Of a stretch of 64,000 nucleotides of DNA, positions 24,070-38,018 are shown in pieces. Source of the DNA: Gracilinanus agilis (taxonomy: Eukaryota); contig NC_058130.1 of assembly GCF_016433145.1 (NCBI RefSeq), positions 219,815,247 to 219,879,246 of the forward strand, read 5' to 3'. Within the stretch, counting starts at the first letter, position 1; every line of letters starts with the position of its first letter. A model generated the notes under the pieces. It made no database searches. It saw only the letters and a list, made by a program, of their open reading frames with translations, and was not told the origin of the DNA. The position numbers and the translations under genes were made by a program.

Positions 24070-25600
24070 CTAATTAAATCGTCTTTATTTATCGGCCCCC
24101 TTCTCTTCTATCTAAAAACACAGTCATGCTTTTCCCATTTGGGGAAAAAACAAAAACAGACCACTTACCCGATCCTACTACTTCCTCAAGTTATCCTTTA
24201 AATCTTTGCTCCCACTCAAAATTAGAATCCTGGGGAAAACTGTCTTGTCACTTGTTGCCTCCACTTTCTCCTTCCCTTTCATTCACTTTTCACCCTCCTG
24301 AAATCTGGCTTTTATCTAATCATTCAAATGAAACCACTCTTTCCAAAGTTACCTATTATCTCTTATGGGCCAAACCAATAGCTTTTTTCTCAGCTCTCAT
24401 TTTTTGATTCTCTGAAGTATCTGATCACTCCCTTTTCCTGGATACCTTTTTCTCTCAAGACTTCATAATACCGCTTTTTTTTGGTCCTGACCTACTGATT
24501 CTCAAGGTCTTCTTCCAAATTATAATCCATGTTCTCTCACCCTAAATGTGGGATACGTACCTCTGAGGTTGGGACCTTTTTGCTTCCACATTTTTTCTTT
24601 TGGTAAGCTCATCAGCTTTCATGGTTTCAATTATCATGTTTATGTAGATGACTCCCAGATCTGCATATCCAGTATCTGTTTGTCCTTTCTCCTTCTTTTC
24701 TCCTCAGCTCCAGTCCTGTATTACCATGCTTATATGCCTATTTGATACCTTGGCTTTTGAGAATTTCAAACTCAATTTCTCCAAAACACAATTATCTTTT
24801 TCCTAAAAATATGCTCCTGTACCTTACAATTCCCCTATTCCATTCCATTCTCAACCTTAGTAATCTTATACTTTTCATTCTCTCTCAATCCCAAACCAAC
24901 TGCTAAGTCTCATTGCTTCTACCTCCACAACCTCTCTAGCATCTGTCCTTTCTGTCTTCATAACATGTCACTTAAACTAATGTTAAAATTTTCTAATTGA
25001 TCTCCCTGTACCCATTCTCTTCCCTCTCTAATCTATCTTCAACACAGCTGCTGAAGAGTTATTTTTAAAACATGAGTCTGATTATGTAACTACTACTTGT
25101 AGAATCAAATACAAACCCCACTGTTTGCCAATTAAAGCCCTTCATTATCTGGCCCCAAACTAACTTCACAGTTTTATTATATATTACTCCCCTTCTTATA
25201 GCCATGGTTCTACCAAATTGGCTTTCTTGCTATTCCTCAAACACAGTAATACTCCATCTCCCAATGCCATGTCTTGGCACTGGCTGTCCCCCATTCCTGG
25301 AATATCCTGTCTCCTCATTTCCACCTCTTAAGAATACTATTTCCTTCAAAGCTCAGCTCAAATATCACCTCCTCTAGAAGGCCTTTCTGATACTGCTCCC
25401 CCAAAGCTTCTAAGGCCTCTTTCTACCCCTTAAAATACCTTCTGTAGTTTTTGTATCTACTTATATGTGTATATATTACCTATCTCAATATGATATACAC
25501 TCCTTAAGGCCACAGACTCTTTTATCTTTGCCTTTGTATACCCAGCACCTAGCACAGTGCCTAGAATATAGTAAGTGCTTAAGAATGCTTGTTGACTCTT
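24070..25600 (-). mobile_element. L2 remnant(s)
   Basis: Pyrimidine-rich L2 3' region ending in CCCAGCACCTAGCACAGTGCCTAGAATATAGTAAGTGCTTAA. Confidence 0.6.
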
Positions 25601-26808
25601 CCAGCTGCTAGAAAATACATGGTATTTACTTTTTATCAATTATGTACACACTTTTCATTTCCCCTAACAGAATGTAGGCCCCTTGAAAGTTTATGCTATT
25701 TCATGTTTATCCTGATGTATGGAGTCTAGCCTGGCACTTAGTATGGCACATGTTTATCCTTATGTATGGTGTATTAGCTTTGGCACATTTAATCAATTTT
25801 TTGCTTGAATGATTTGACCTTATTTATTATTATTATTCTTATATTATTTGATCTTATGTGTTCAAACTATGCTCAAAGAGCATAAGATTTAAGATGTTAA
25901 ATGTCAAGATGATTCAGTAGTACATTTCTCAGTTTCCCCTCTATCACTACTATCTATTGGTCTAGCATAATGATAAATCTCTTGATGACTTATGAAAAAA
26001 CTCAAAAGCAATTGTCAAGAATAACATTAAAAGTCATTCTTTTAGCCCCAAGTAAGTAAGATATTAGAAAATAGCTCCGTCAGTTGCAATGCAGAGACAG
26101 AAGACTATGGTTGTGGAATTCCTGCATATAAGGCCTTTTCCAACATATTGTTTAGTTTTGCCAAACAGTTTTCCCCCTCTTTTTTAATTCTTTGTTAAAG
26201 GAGATGATTCAAAGAGGGATATTCTGGGAAATGAAGATAATATAAAAATAAAATATATCAATAACATTTACTTAAAAATAAATACAAGTCACTTTTTCCT
26301 CTAACCCCACCCAACTTTCCTTATCTTGAAGACAAGCTATGCATTTCTGCCTACAGTATGTCTAAAAAAACCTGTTTATAACTTAATGCCTGAATATAAT
26401 TAGCACACAAATAGCTGTACTAATCATACAAAGCACTTAAGCACACACTGTATTTCTGAAACCTACTCAAGTATGTAGTTTTTACTGCTGACTGTTGATT
26501 TTGTCATATCCTTTTAAAAGCAAAATTTCTAGTTCCCAACCATTATACCCACTGAGTTAATTTTGAAATTACATTACTTTAAAGTAATTATTATTTTTAA
26601 AGTATAATATTCAACAGGAAAATAAGCACAGTTCTTCTCAGTTATGTCTACAAATGAATATTTTTGGCAAAATGCAGCCTAGTCTGTGCAATTTTAAATT
26701 GGAACTATATTGTGGCCATTTAAAATAATAAAAAGAAAGGAATAACTCATTCAATCTAGAATATAGTTGAATTTCAAACAATTAATAAATAAACCAATTA
26801 ACCATTAA

Positions 26809-26964
<156 letters not shown>

Positions 26965-27727
26965 TGAGTTATTCCATTAGGTAATCATTTGTTCATGTGT
27001 TCTATCAAAACTCTTAACAAGAATACATTTTCAGGAAGCTCCTTGTTTGGGATGTGACTTTTCTTCAGTTTTGACTCAATTCCTCATATACAGACTATAT
27101 GACTAGCAAGGGTTAAATTTTAATGACTTTGTTACTTCATTAACCTGATGATCAAAAGTAATCTTGGTGCTTAAAAATAAAACACTGTTTATTACAGAAT
27201 TAAAAGCATGAAGTCAGCCAAAAATAAGATATCTGTTGACTGCCTACAGTGTGTTCAACAGTAAAAAACCATGGTTCCTGCCCTCAAGAAGCTAATGATC
27301 TAGCTGGGTATGCTAAATGAACACATGTAACACAAGTAAATATTAAAAACTAAACTATATGATACTAAGTGCAACTGGAGTTATTTTTTACTATGAAAGT
27401 CTTAACACTAATGAACCAAAAGGAATTTTTAAAATATGGTGCAAAAAACTGTGTTTTAGAAGAGAAACATTTATATTTCTCCTTCAAAACACAGAAATGT
27501 GAGAGATTATCTTAGTTATAACTTTGGTAATAGGGCTAAGTGTGGAATTTGTCCTCCCTTTCATCTGGATCAGCAGGGTGATAGGAGACTGAGAAAAGAT
27601 TGTCTAACTCCAGAATTACTGTGGGTCTTTAGGTTTGCCTGTTTCAATTTAAATAATTCTAACTGCCATCACTTAGTACCAGTCCAAATGCCCCCCTCTA
27701 TTTACTAAGTACACATTTTAGAGCTAA

Positions 27728-28696
<969 letters not shown>

Positions 28697-28814
28697 AATT
28701 CATAATTTCATAGTATTTCAGCAACTCAAAAAGCATCTTCTGTTTAGAAGACAACTATCTGCAGCAACTTGTACATCTCAGATGTACAAAACATTGATTC
28801 TTAAACCTTTTTTC

Positions 28815-28820
28815 AATAAA
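28815..28820 (+). terminator. ANKRD61: ANKRD61 polyadenylation signal AATAAA
   Basis: First AATAAA, about 120 nt after the stop codon. Confidence 0.65.
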
Positions 28821-29416
28821 TAAAAAATGACTTACAGAATTAACTTAATTTTGTTTATAAAGGTGTTTTTCTTTTGAAAATATATTTTTCATGATGTTAA
28901 TCTTTATATAAAAAAGAAGAGCTTAAGCTTTTGAACAAAAAAGTTCAAAACACTATGAGGTGTACTTGAAATATGGATGTATATCACTATGGGTAATTAA
29001 AATGTAAAAAACAAAAGAAAAGCATAATGGTGACTTTAAAAGATTTCCCTTTTAATTTAGCTCTCAATTACCCAAGTAAATATGCCTTTGAGATAGATGA
29101 ATGCATCATCAAATTCTACTTCTGATGCTACATTGGTATATAGTTCATAAAGCATTTTCACCATAGCCGCATCTGCAATTATCACTTGTAGTAATGATCA
29201 CAGGATAATTGATCCAGAAGTGGAAGAGACCAGGGAGATCACCTAAACCAACCTTTCCATTGTACAGATGATGGAATTGGATTTCCAAGAGGTTAAATGG
29301 CATGCACAAGGTCATACAGGTAGCAGAGCTGGAATTCTAAATTAGGTCCTTTGATGCCAGACCTGGTACTCTTTCCAAATTTCACCACTGCATATAGGAT
29401 GACTAAACACCTAGAC

Positions 29417-29608
29417 CAGTGGTTCCCAAACTTTTTTGGCCTACTGCCCCCTTTCCAGAAAAAAATATTACTTAGCCCCCTGGAAATTAAATTTTTTAAA
29501 TTTTAATAGCAATTAATAGGAAAGATAAATGCACCTGTGGCCATCACCACCCACCTGGATCGCTGCAGCACCCACCAGGGGGAGGTAGCGCCCACTTTGG
29601 GATCACTG
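29417..29608 (+). mobile_element. hAT MITE (192 bp)
   Basis: TIRs CAGTGGTTCCCAAAC and CTTTGGGATCACTG; TSD ACCTAGAC/ACCTAGAT (7/8). Confidence 0.88.
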
Positions 29609-29871
29609 ACCTAGATTCTTTAATATAACAGAAATGTGAGGTGGAATAGTTTTACTTCTTGCTGCCTCCTTTTTTTTTTCAAAGCCAATCTAATTATTTT
29701 TAGGTTCCAGGTCTGTGATGATTTGGAAAGGAAAAACAAAAATCTGAATTAACTGTCCACAAATGAAACAACAATTTTTAAAAGTTTCATTTACTTCAAT
29801 GAATCCCTAATATTATGAGCTCTAAAAAAAAAAATACTGCTTCTTTCAATCCATTAGTTTCTCAAACTTAC

Positions 29872-29972
29872 CTTGAGATCTCTGTGTACCACTCCCATGT
29901 TATGTATATAGCATACACCTTCCAATAACTCTCGAAAAATTTTTGTTGCAACACTGCTCATAATATAAGGAC
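29872..29972 (-). CDS. EIF2AK1: EIF2AK1 exon 11 (101 nt; CP heme motif at the junction, catalytic HRDLK)
   Basis: aag|[35 protein letters not shown]|GTAAGT. Confidence 0.97.
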
Positions 29973-30773
29973 CTTGAGGAGTAAAGGTATAAATCATGTT
30001 TTACTTATTTATTTTTATTCTTATTCAAATGAGCTCTAATACAGTAACACCCTATATTCAGAGTATGTAACATACAGCTTTATGTGTACATGACATACAT
30101 CTTCAAGTAACATGATAAACCATACATAATAGCTTCGGTCCACTTAAATACTAGCTACAAACCTAAAGTGAAAAAGAACTCTGAGCCAACAAATGTCAAA
30201 ATGCCAAACACCAAAACCAATGAGTTTTATGTAACTAAATTATTTCATAGGAGAAGTCCTTAGGCTTTAACTTGAGGACTATTTACTCCTATTTAATACT
30301 TAATGCTAACATGCTTGGTTTTATCATTTCCCCAATCACAGATTATAAGCAATTTTGCAAGCCTGTAAGTAAGGTGAAAATATATAAAAAGCAAGAACTG
30401 TCTTTAATTGTTTATATCTCAGTTACTCCTGCAGCCCTGGTTTCAATCTAACCTTCCACTTTATTATTACTATTATTTATTAGGAATTGCAGTTCCTCAA
30501 ACACAACAAATGTTCTCCCAAAACCATGCCTTTCACTGGTTAAGCCTCAGCCTGGGATGCCCTGCTTCTTCTGTCTCTTAGAGCCTGTTCCTTCTAAGCT
30601 CAGCTCAAATGCTACATCTAGGATATAGGTTTTTCTGATATCTGACAAAATGATGATCATAATTATGACTTTGAACCAACAAATAAAGGTTATGTCAACA
30701 TACTGTTTTCAAGAAAATGGGGAAACATATAAGATGGTTTATTACTGTAATTATTATTAAGAGTATGTTAACA

Positions 30774-30975
30774 GGGGTCAGAGCTAGATGGCTCAGTGGA
30801 TTGAGAGCCAGGCCTTAAAGATACAAGATCTGAGTTCAAATCTGACCTCAGATAATTCCTAGCTGTGTGACCCTGGGCATGTCACTTAATTCCCATTGCT
30901 TAGACCTTAACGTTCTTCTTCCTTGGAACTGTACACAGTATTGATTCTAAGATGGAAAGTAAGGGTTTAAAAAAA
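30774..30975 (+). mobile_element. SINE1_Mdo-like SINE
   Basis: Degenerate TSD AAGAGTATGTTAACA/AAGAATATATTAACA. Confidence 0.8.
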
Positions 30976-31674
30976 AGAATATATTAACAATATCATGACA
31001 ATCATAATAAATCAAATTATATGCTTATATATTTATTATCTTTTTACAATTACTATTTAATAATATAACAACAATAATAACTAACGTTTCTCTTCTCTTT
31101 TTAAGATTTACAAAGCAATTTCCTCTAAATAATCCTACAAGAAAGAAAATGCCCACGTTTTTATTCAAAGATGAATTACAAAATGTGAAGTCAATATCTG
31201 AGAGAGGAAAAAAAGATTTAAGAAGTCACTGAACCCAAGCCTTTTATTTTATAGATGAGGAAGTTGAAGTAATCTGGTCAAGGCCACACAGCTAGTTAAA
31301 GTTAAACTGGGATTTAAACCCAGTTTTCTTCTTACTCCAAATTTAACACAATTTCCATTTTGCCATGTTTAAAAAACCAAAACAGCATGCGTTTGAAGGG
31401 TGACTTAAATTATTTAAATAATTTGTTTATTTATATCCCATTCTTTAATGATTCCATATAAAGCAGCAACAACAAATGAACCAACTTGTTAAAATAATAA
31501 AATTCTCAATGAATTTATAGACAAATAATTTTATTATGAAAATAAATTAGAAAAACCATCAGTGATTTTTAAAATTCAGTTTTTCCCACCTTAAAAGTTT
31601 AGCAAATTATTCCACTATCCTATTAAATTATATTCAAATTCCACACTGGCCAGTTCCATATCACGCCAATAACA

Positions 31675-31835
31675 CAGGGGTTCTACCTGTTTTCTGGCAA
31701 TCTAGTTCACTACAGATGGACCTCTTCTCAAAATGTTTTTTAGCTACATAAACCACATAGAATTATACAGAAAATAAAGTTCAATTTCAGAGACTCCCTG
31801 AAATCTATCCATGGATTCCGGTTTAAGAATCTCTG
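31675..31835. mobile_element. Old MER5/Charlie-like hAT MITE remnant
   Basis: Ends CAGGGGTTCT...TTAAGAATCTCTG; related copy at 47107-47312; no recognisable TSD. Confidence 0.5.
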
Positions 31836-33362
31836 TGTTAAACTATGAGCATTTCCATACAGATGATACTCCCCTAAAAAAGTTCTATGCTGAAGTCATC
31901 ACTTCAATATTATTAAGTGGAAAACTCTTGAATTTCACCCAATTAATTTGTGCAAGTGTCTGAGAAGAATCAGACCCTTCTGAAAGAAAATATTAGCTTG
32001 CCCATAAGAGGACAATTCCACATATAGACAAAAAGCCAGACAAAAAAATGACATGGGTTGAGCTAATGTGGCAAAACTACTTTTTCCTCTGATTAATTAC
32101 TAGTATCCAGGGACTGCTTGAGTACTTGTGGGATGGGACAAGTCATGCTTTTAAACTTTCATGACTGAATGACAACTCAGCATTTTCACAGTAGAATATG
32201 GATAATGATGTTACCAAAAAGATACACTATTTGCACTACTGAAGACTGTTACAGAGGCTAAAAATCATAAACTGACAACAATCTAGCATCTGGCAATGCC
32301 TCCACTAAATTAAATATTTAGGTATTTTTGTTTAATTGTTTTTCTTTGTTATAAGTGAAGAACTTTCGATTTGGAAAGGGGAAAATTTCCATAAAGTTCT
32401 ATGATTGAAAAAACAAAAAGTATCAGTAAAAACTATTTTTTAAAAATAGTCATCTAAGAGTTTGGAAAATCTGATCAATGTTAATTATGCATTCTTACAG
32501 AGACTCCAAGTTCTAACACTATCAAGTCAGATAACCAGAAAGGAGAGTAGCCTTGCCAAATTAGCTCAACCAGTCCTTAACTGAATTATGATTTAATATT
32601 ATGCTCCCAGACTTTATGGAGGTAATTATGTAAAACATCCATTTGACTATGATCTCTCTGTCTTTTGCCAAACTAGAGCAGAAAACATTATCTAGTAATG
32701 TATTTAACAGGCCTCACATGATTAACTCTTAAGTTTAGTTCCAAGAAAAAGTTTACTTAGATTTCCTTGGTTTTTTGTTGTTGTGGTTATGTTTTTTTTT
32801 AAGGTTTGACAACTGAAATTACAGAACTCAAAGAACTGGTTTCTTCTTTTGTTAGCTATTAGGGAACCCAGAGTCAAGTTTTCTGTCCAACTACAACAAT
32901 TAATCCAACAATGACAATCGGTTACTTGGTAACAAAAATTCATTCTGATCTTTTAGCTAGTCTGTCTTCTATCTTTATCCCTAATTATCTTATCTCATAT
33001 TATTTTAATTTTGTGAGCTGCTTCAAATGCTTCTGGAAATAGAGCATAAATCTGTAACAAATAAGTCCATACAGAAGTAAATTGAGCACTTGAAAATTCA
33101 TATTTTTAAGGAAAATTTGAATTTTTTCCAATCTTGAGTCATTAACTAAACAACAGGATATTACTCTCAAAGATAGATGAATAAACCTCATTTAGACCAC
33201 AGGAAAAGTATTGATATAAAAATGCACATTTCTATTTCTGATGTCTGAAATTTATACAGAATGTGATAATATATGAACTTTTAAAAAAAGGAAAGCAAGT
33301 AAAATAGTTTACTGATTTTCATCTTTCAACACATATATTTCAATAATAAATATAAAACTTAC

Positions 33363-33474
33363 AGGAAGGTTCATCTACAGATGAGCCCTTATTTTTATTT
33401 CGATCAGTAATCCAGTCCCAAAGAGAGATTTCACATAGTTGCATTTGTATATGGAGCATCAGATGATACCTCAC
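33363..33474 (-). CDS. EIF2AK1: EIF2AK1 exon 10 (112 nt)
   Basis: tag|[38 protein letters not shown]|GTAAGT. Confidence 0.97.
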
Positions 33475-33839
33475 CTAAAGAATCAAATAATGATACAATG
33501 CTTCATGATTTACTAGGAATTATCATTTGAATAGTTTTAGATCTGCTGAGTAATCAAAGATGAGGAGGTTTTAAAACTAAAATCAGAGATCTTAAAAAGA
33601 GATCTTCTTCTGTTTCCATTCACTGGATATGCCAAGTCTATAATTATCTGGCTTTTTCACACACTGTACATAATTATTTTTAAGAAATCACAAACTAAAT
33701 TTAAGGTCTAAAAGCCAAGCCTCTGGTCCAAAATTGCAAGTTATTTACTCAAAACTATCTTTTGTATTAACATTCGCAATCCCTTCTATCATCACAATTA
33801 TTATGTAGAAGACTGATAGGGTAGGGACAGCCTACTTAC

Positions 33840-34152
33840 CTCAGTCTGCCCAAGCAAGGCTATATTTTCTTCACAAGATTCTTCAGTGGACGTAAAGTTC
33901 TCCTCCAGGTATGAATTATTCTCTTGTAGCACCTGATGTTTAACAAGTGATGTAGTAGATGCATTAACTAAGCAATTTTCTGATGATTCATATTCACTGC
34001 CATCTCTTGTGATCAAATCAGTATAGTTTACCAATTTGTTATTCTGATTGTCAACCCAAGTTTCTGCAAGGGATTTTTCTTTTTCTGAGTTTAAATCAGC
34101 AAAAATAATGGATGAGCTACTACTTTCATCACTTTGAACAGGATACTGCTCT
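33840..34152 (-). CDS. EIF2AK1: EIF2AK1 exon 9 (313 nt; kinase insert)
   Basis: tttag|A EQYPVQSDESSSSSIIFA...LGQTE|GTAAGT. Confidence 0.95.
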
Positions 34153-34483
34153 CTAAAGTAAAAGGGGAAAAAAAAAAAGACAATGTAAAATAAATGTGAG
34201 AAAAGACTGTATAACAGATAGTGCCCCCAAGTCAAACACCTCTAGTCACAATGCTATTTAAATACTGATAGGAGATATCTGACAGAAGAATAGAATTTAC
34301 ATCTTAGAATGGAACTAAAAAGGAAGGGAAGGCTTCATTAAGATACTACTACTTGGTTCCTAGTAGCAAAAAATAATAATGACAATGCAAGAATCACCAG
34401 GCAATACCAGACATATTTACATAGTTTTGGAAGTAACTACTATACCTACTCACGCGAATCAAAATGATTAACCCTTTTAATAC

Positions 34484-34547
34484 CTGTCCTCTGTCTCATC
34501 AGATACCAGCTGGAGAGATGGCAACTTGACCACAGAAAGTCTTTTAT
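34484..34547 (-). CDS. EIF2AK1: EIF2AK1 exon 8 (64 nt)
   Basis: Long T tract then cag|AT KRLSVVKLPSLQLVSDETED-AG|GTATTA; phases fit exons 7 and 9. Confidence 0.92.
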
Positions 34548-34620
34548 CTGTTGGTTAAAAAAAAAAAAAAAACCAATACACAGAGAAATGTAGTTTCCAA
34601 AAGTATAATGATCTTGAGAC

Positions 34621-34829
34621 TTGTTATTTTGTATTGCCTTTGTGAAGTTAGGCAAGGCCGCTTGATCTCTGGACCTCAAATTTCTCATTTGTAAAATGAG
34701 GATGTTAGGTTGGATGGTTCTTATACATTTGTAGCTGTAAGGGATTATAAAAACCATGCAAATGAGAAATTTGAGGTCCAGAGATCAAGCGGCCTTGCCT
34801 AACTTCACAAAGGCAATACAAAATAACAA
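34621..34829. repeat. Perfect 71-bp inverted repeat with a 67-bp spacer, MIR-derived
   Basis: 34621-34691 is the exact reverse complement of 34759-34829 (checked base by base). Confidence 0.95.
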
Positions 34830-35117
34830 ATCTAGGATTCAAAGGCAGGCCTGTCAAAGCAAATCTGGTCATCTTTCCATCACACCTTTCTGCCTCAGGT
34901 TAGAGGTTATTTTTTGCTTTGCCCAAACTTGAAGTGAAATAAAGTCATATTCACAAAGCTCAATTTACCAAACTATTGCTAAAAAGCCAAAAATGTTCAT
35001 TTAAGTTGTGAAAATAGTATAGTATTAAAAAAGCCATGTTGATTCAAATGATTGCTATATGCTTTTAGGAAGTGATCCTAAGAAAATTTTTAACTGTTAT
35101 ATCAAATAAACATTCAC

Positions 35118-35217
35118 CTTGTGGCTGGACTGAATGAACATGCTCTATCCAAGCTGTGTGATAGCCTACAATGTTAGGATGTTGCAGACCCGCCAGCACC
35201 TTCACCTCCCGCAGTAC
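35118..35217 (-). CDS. EIF2AK1: EIF2AK1 exon 7 (100 nt)
   Basis: cag|[34 protein letters not shown]|GTGAAT. Confidence 0.97.
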
Positions 35218-35750
35218 CTGAAAAAGAAAGCTGATAAGATTGGGCTTTAAACAGTTTCTTAAAAGTTCAAAGCATCAACTATTATTTATTCTAGGAAAAA
35301 AATATATGAAACTTCTAGTGGTTTTGGAATCCTAATGCCTGCAGTAACTAGAAATTTTTTTCTGCACTCTATCATGAAAAGGAGATAAATGGCAAGTATT
35401 AACATAACAAATATTATCTTCTATATGTATATTATTCAAAGTACTTTCATATAGTCTTCTCTAGTATCATTAATCCTTTGAGATAAGGTAGGAGTGTTCA
35501 GCATTACTCATCCCCATCTTACATGTACAAAACAAAAAGGATAAATGACTGTTATGTTAATGTTATGCAGCAAGTCAGTGGGGAAATTTTTGGAGCTAAA
35601 CCTGTCTTGAAACATATACTGCTAAGCTCTTTGACAATATGCTGCATCTCTTTATTACAAAGTAACAAAATGACATAAATTTTTTTGATTTCCCAGTTAT
35701 GGCACTGAAGCACTGCTGTATTGGGAAAATCTTCAAAAAATTAAACTGTA

Positions 35751-35950
35751 GGGGGCAGCTCGGTAATTCAGTGGATTGAGAGCCAGACCTAGAGACAGGA
35801 GGTCCTAGGTTCATATGTGGCCTCAGACACCTCCCAGCTGTGTGACCCTGGAAAAGTCACTGACCCCCAACTGCCTAGCCCTTACCACTCTTCTGCCTTC
35901 CAACCAATACATAGTACTGATTCCAAGATGGAAGGTAAGGGTTTAAAAAA
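35751..35950 (+). mobile_element. SINE1_Mdo-like SINE
   Basis: TSD AAAAAATTAAACTGTA/AAAAAATTAAACAGTA. Confidence 0.88.
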
Positions 35951-36136
35951 AAATTAAACAGTATTCTATAGTTTAGTGTTAAAAGTATTTTATCAAAGTA
36001 TTTGAAAACTAATCATTATGTATGTTATATAATCAATTTGCATATATATATATATGTCTATATATGTGCATATATAATTAGCTCAATTAAAAGATTAAAT
36101 TATAAAATGTTTTTCAAAAGGCTTAAAAATTCATAC

Positions 36137-36217
36137 CTTCATACAATCCTTTTTAGTGGCTTTCTTAATCAGGATTTTTTTAACTGCATAAAACTGCCTA
36201 TCTAATTTGTTCTTGAC
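36137..36217 (-). CDS. EIF2AK1: EIF2AK1 exon 6 (81 nt; catalytic Lys, YAVKK)
   Basis: cag|[27 protein letters not shown]|GTATGA. Confidence 0.96.
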
Positions 36218-37212
36218 CTGAAATTTACAGAAAACACAAAAATTATCACATGTAAATGACATAAACACATTTGTATATGTCAGAGAATTCAAACTTGCAA
36301 AATTGAGTGAATCAAAATTTTAATTCTCCACCTATTTTTTTAAGCCTGTTTTAGGCTCTGTGTTCTAGCAAAAGAATGAAAATTCAGAATTGGAGCTAGT
36401 GCATTTAATGAGAATGAATGCTTTTCATGAATCCATTCAATTCAACATACATTTATTTGAAATTTTAATTTCAAAGGGAGTGTGGGGGGGGGGAATCAAG
36501 CCATATTTCATGGATAGGGTGGCACTAGAGTTGGGCCTAAGAATGAATTGAGATTCCCAGGAACTTGAAGCTTAGAAGCATATGATTTGAGGTTCCTTAG
36601 AAGGAATTTTGAAATTCCATCTAATCCAATGCCTTCATTTAACAGTAAGACTCCAAAAGGTTAAAGTGACATCTCTCCAAGTTAACATAGTGTTAAGTGA
36701 CAGAGATAGTCCTGTAGCCCAAAGAGCTCTTTCAATCATGTCAAGCTGCCCCTCTTTCCAGACTTAAAAAATGGTTACAAATAGTCTCAGGAAGAGAGAC
36801 TCTAAGTCCAAAAATAGCAAGGTATAGTAGTATCAAACTGAAATCAGAGAATCCTGTTAGAAAATCACAAATTAACATTGTCTATGCTGTATTGTATTTT
36901 ATTTATTTTGTTAAATATTTCCCAATTACATTTTCATTTGGTTCATAATATTGCAGCTATATATGGAACAATGAGTCTGACAGCTACAATATTCTGAATG
37001 AAATGAAAAAATCTAAGGATGCTACCTGAAGAAATGAACCTAAGCAAAAGGAATCTCAATTCTAATTATTTAACTTCATCCAACAAATTTAATTTAACTG
37101 TCAGTATATTATGGATCTTAACAAGGTCCTAATTCAAATTAATTTTGGAGGCTTCAATTTGAGTGTGTACTTTTGATAAAGATGATATGAATTACTCTCA
37201 AAATATAATCAC

Positions 37213-37312
37213 CTTGTATACTTTCCCATACCCGCCCTTTCCTAGGACAGCAACTTCCTCAAACTCATTTAGATAACGAGATGTCTGTGCTTCAAAGATC
37301 ACCTCTTTTGCT
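37213..37312 (-). CDS. EIF2AK1: EIF2AK1 exon 5 (100 nt; Gly-rich loop)
   Basis: tag|[34 protein letters not shown]|GTGATT. Confidence 0.97.
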
Positions 37313-37570
37313 CTAAAAAAAAAAAGGCAAATTAATATGTGAGATATCTTATATGCTTGTACTGTTCAAATTAAAATTATAGCAAAACCTGATTAATTTG
37401 GAATCTACTTCAAATGGGGATCAAAGTTATGATTTTCTTTCTCATACAGATCAGCAGCAAAGGAATCAATCAGCAAGTGGTGAAGTTTGGTTGCCATCAA
37501 TATTGCCTACAAAATTTGGGGGCCCTGATTAAGTTGTTTACTATTTATAATGATCAAAAAAGCACATTAC

Positions 37571-37608
37571 CTAACTTTACGGACATGAGGGTATTCTTCA
37601 TGCTGAGC
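37571..37608 (-). CDS. EIF2AK1: EIF2AK1 exon 4 (38 nt)
   Basis: Strong polypyrimidine tract, cag|AQHEEYPHVRKV-AG|GTAATG; size and phase equal the recalled human exon 4. Confidence 0.88.
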
Positions 37609-38018
37609 CTGAAAAAAAAAAGTAAAAGAAAAATCAATTTTAAAATTTTAAAATTATAGAGAATAATCTTACCTTTTCTTTAAATAATTTCCACATAAAA
37701 TGTAAATGCATCCATGCTAAATAACACTTTGTCAACTAAGAATTCAAAGTACATTAAGCTACTTGGGGGGGAATCCAATAAGCTTTCAATAACAAAAAAT
37801 AAGTTTCATTAAAAGCAGGGCAGATATTTTCCTCAAGAAAAAGTATTGGCAATATTCTTGGCTTCCTTTTACAAAATTAAAGTTTTCAAACAAGAGCCTA
37901 AAGTTTTTATTTTCATAGCACATTAATTGCACATGGAGATTTCAAGGTATTTTGACACAAAATCTTTAAATTCAAATATACTAATATAATAAAAAATAAC
38001 CAGGAGGACAAGAATTAC

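Noticed and set aside
37387-37420. GATCCC...AATCAG segment superficially like human HRI exon 4
   Set aside because: Contains an in-frame TAG, has no upstream AG and a poor donor; 37571-37608 fits far better.
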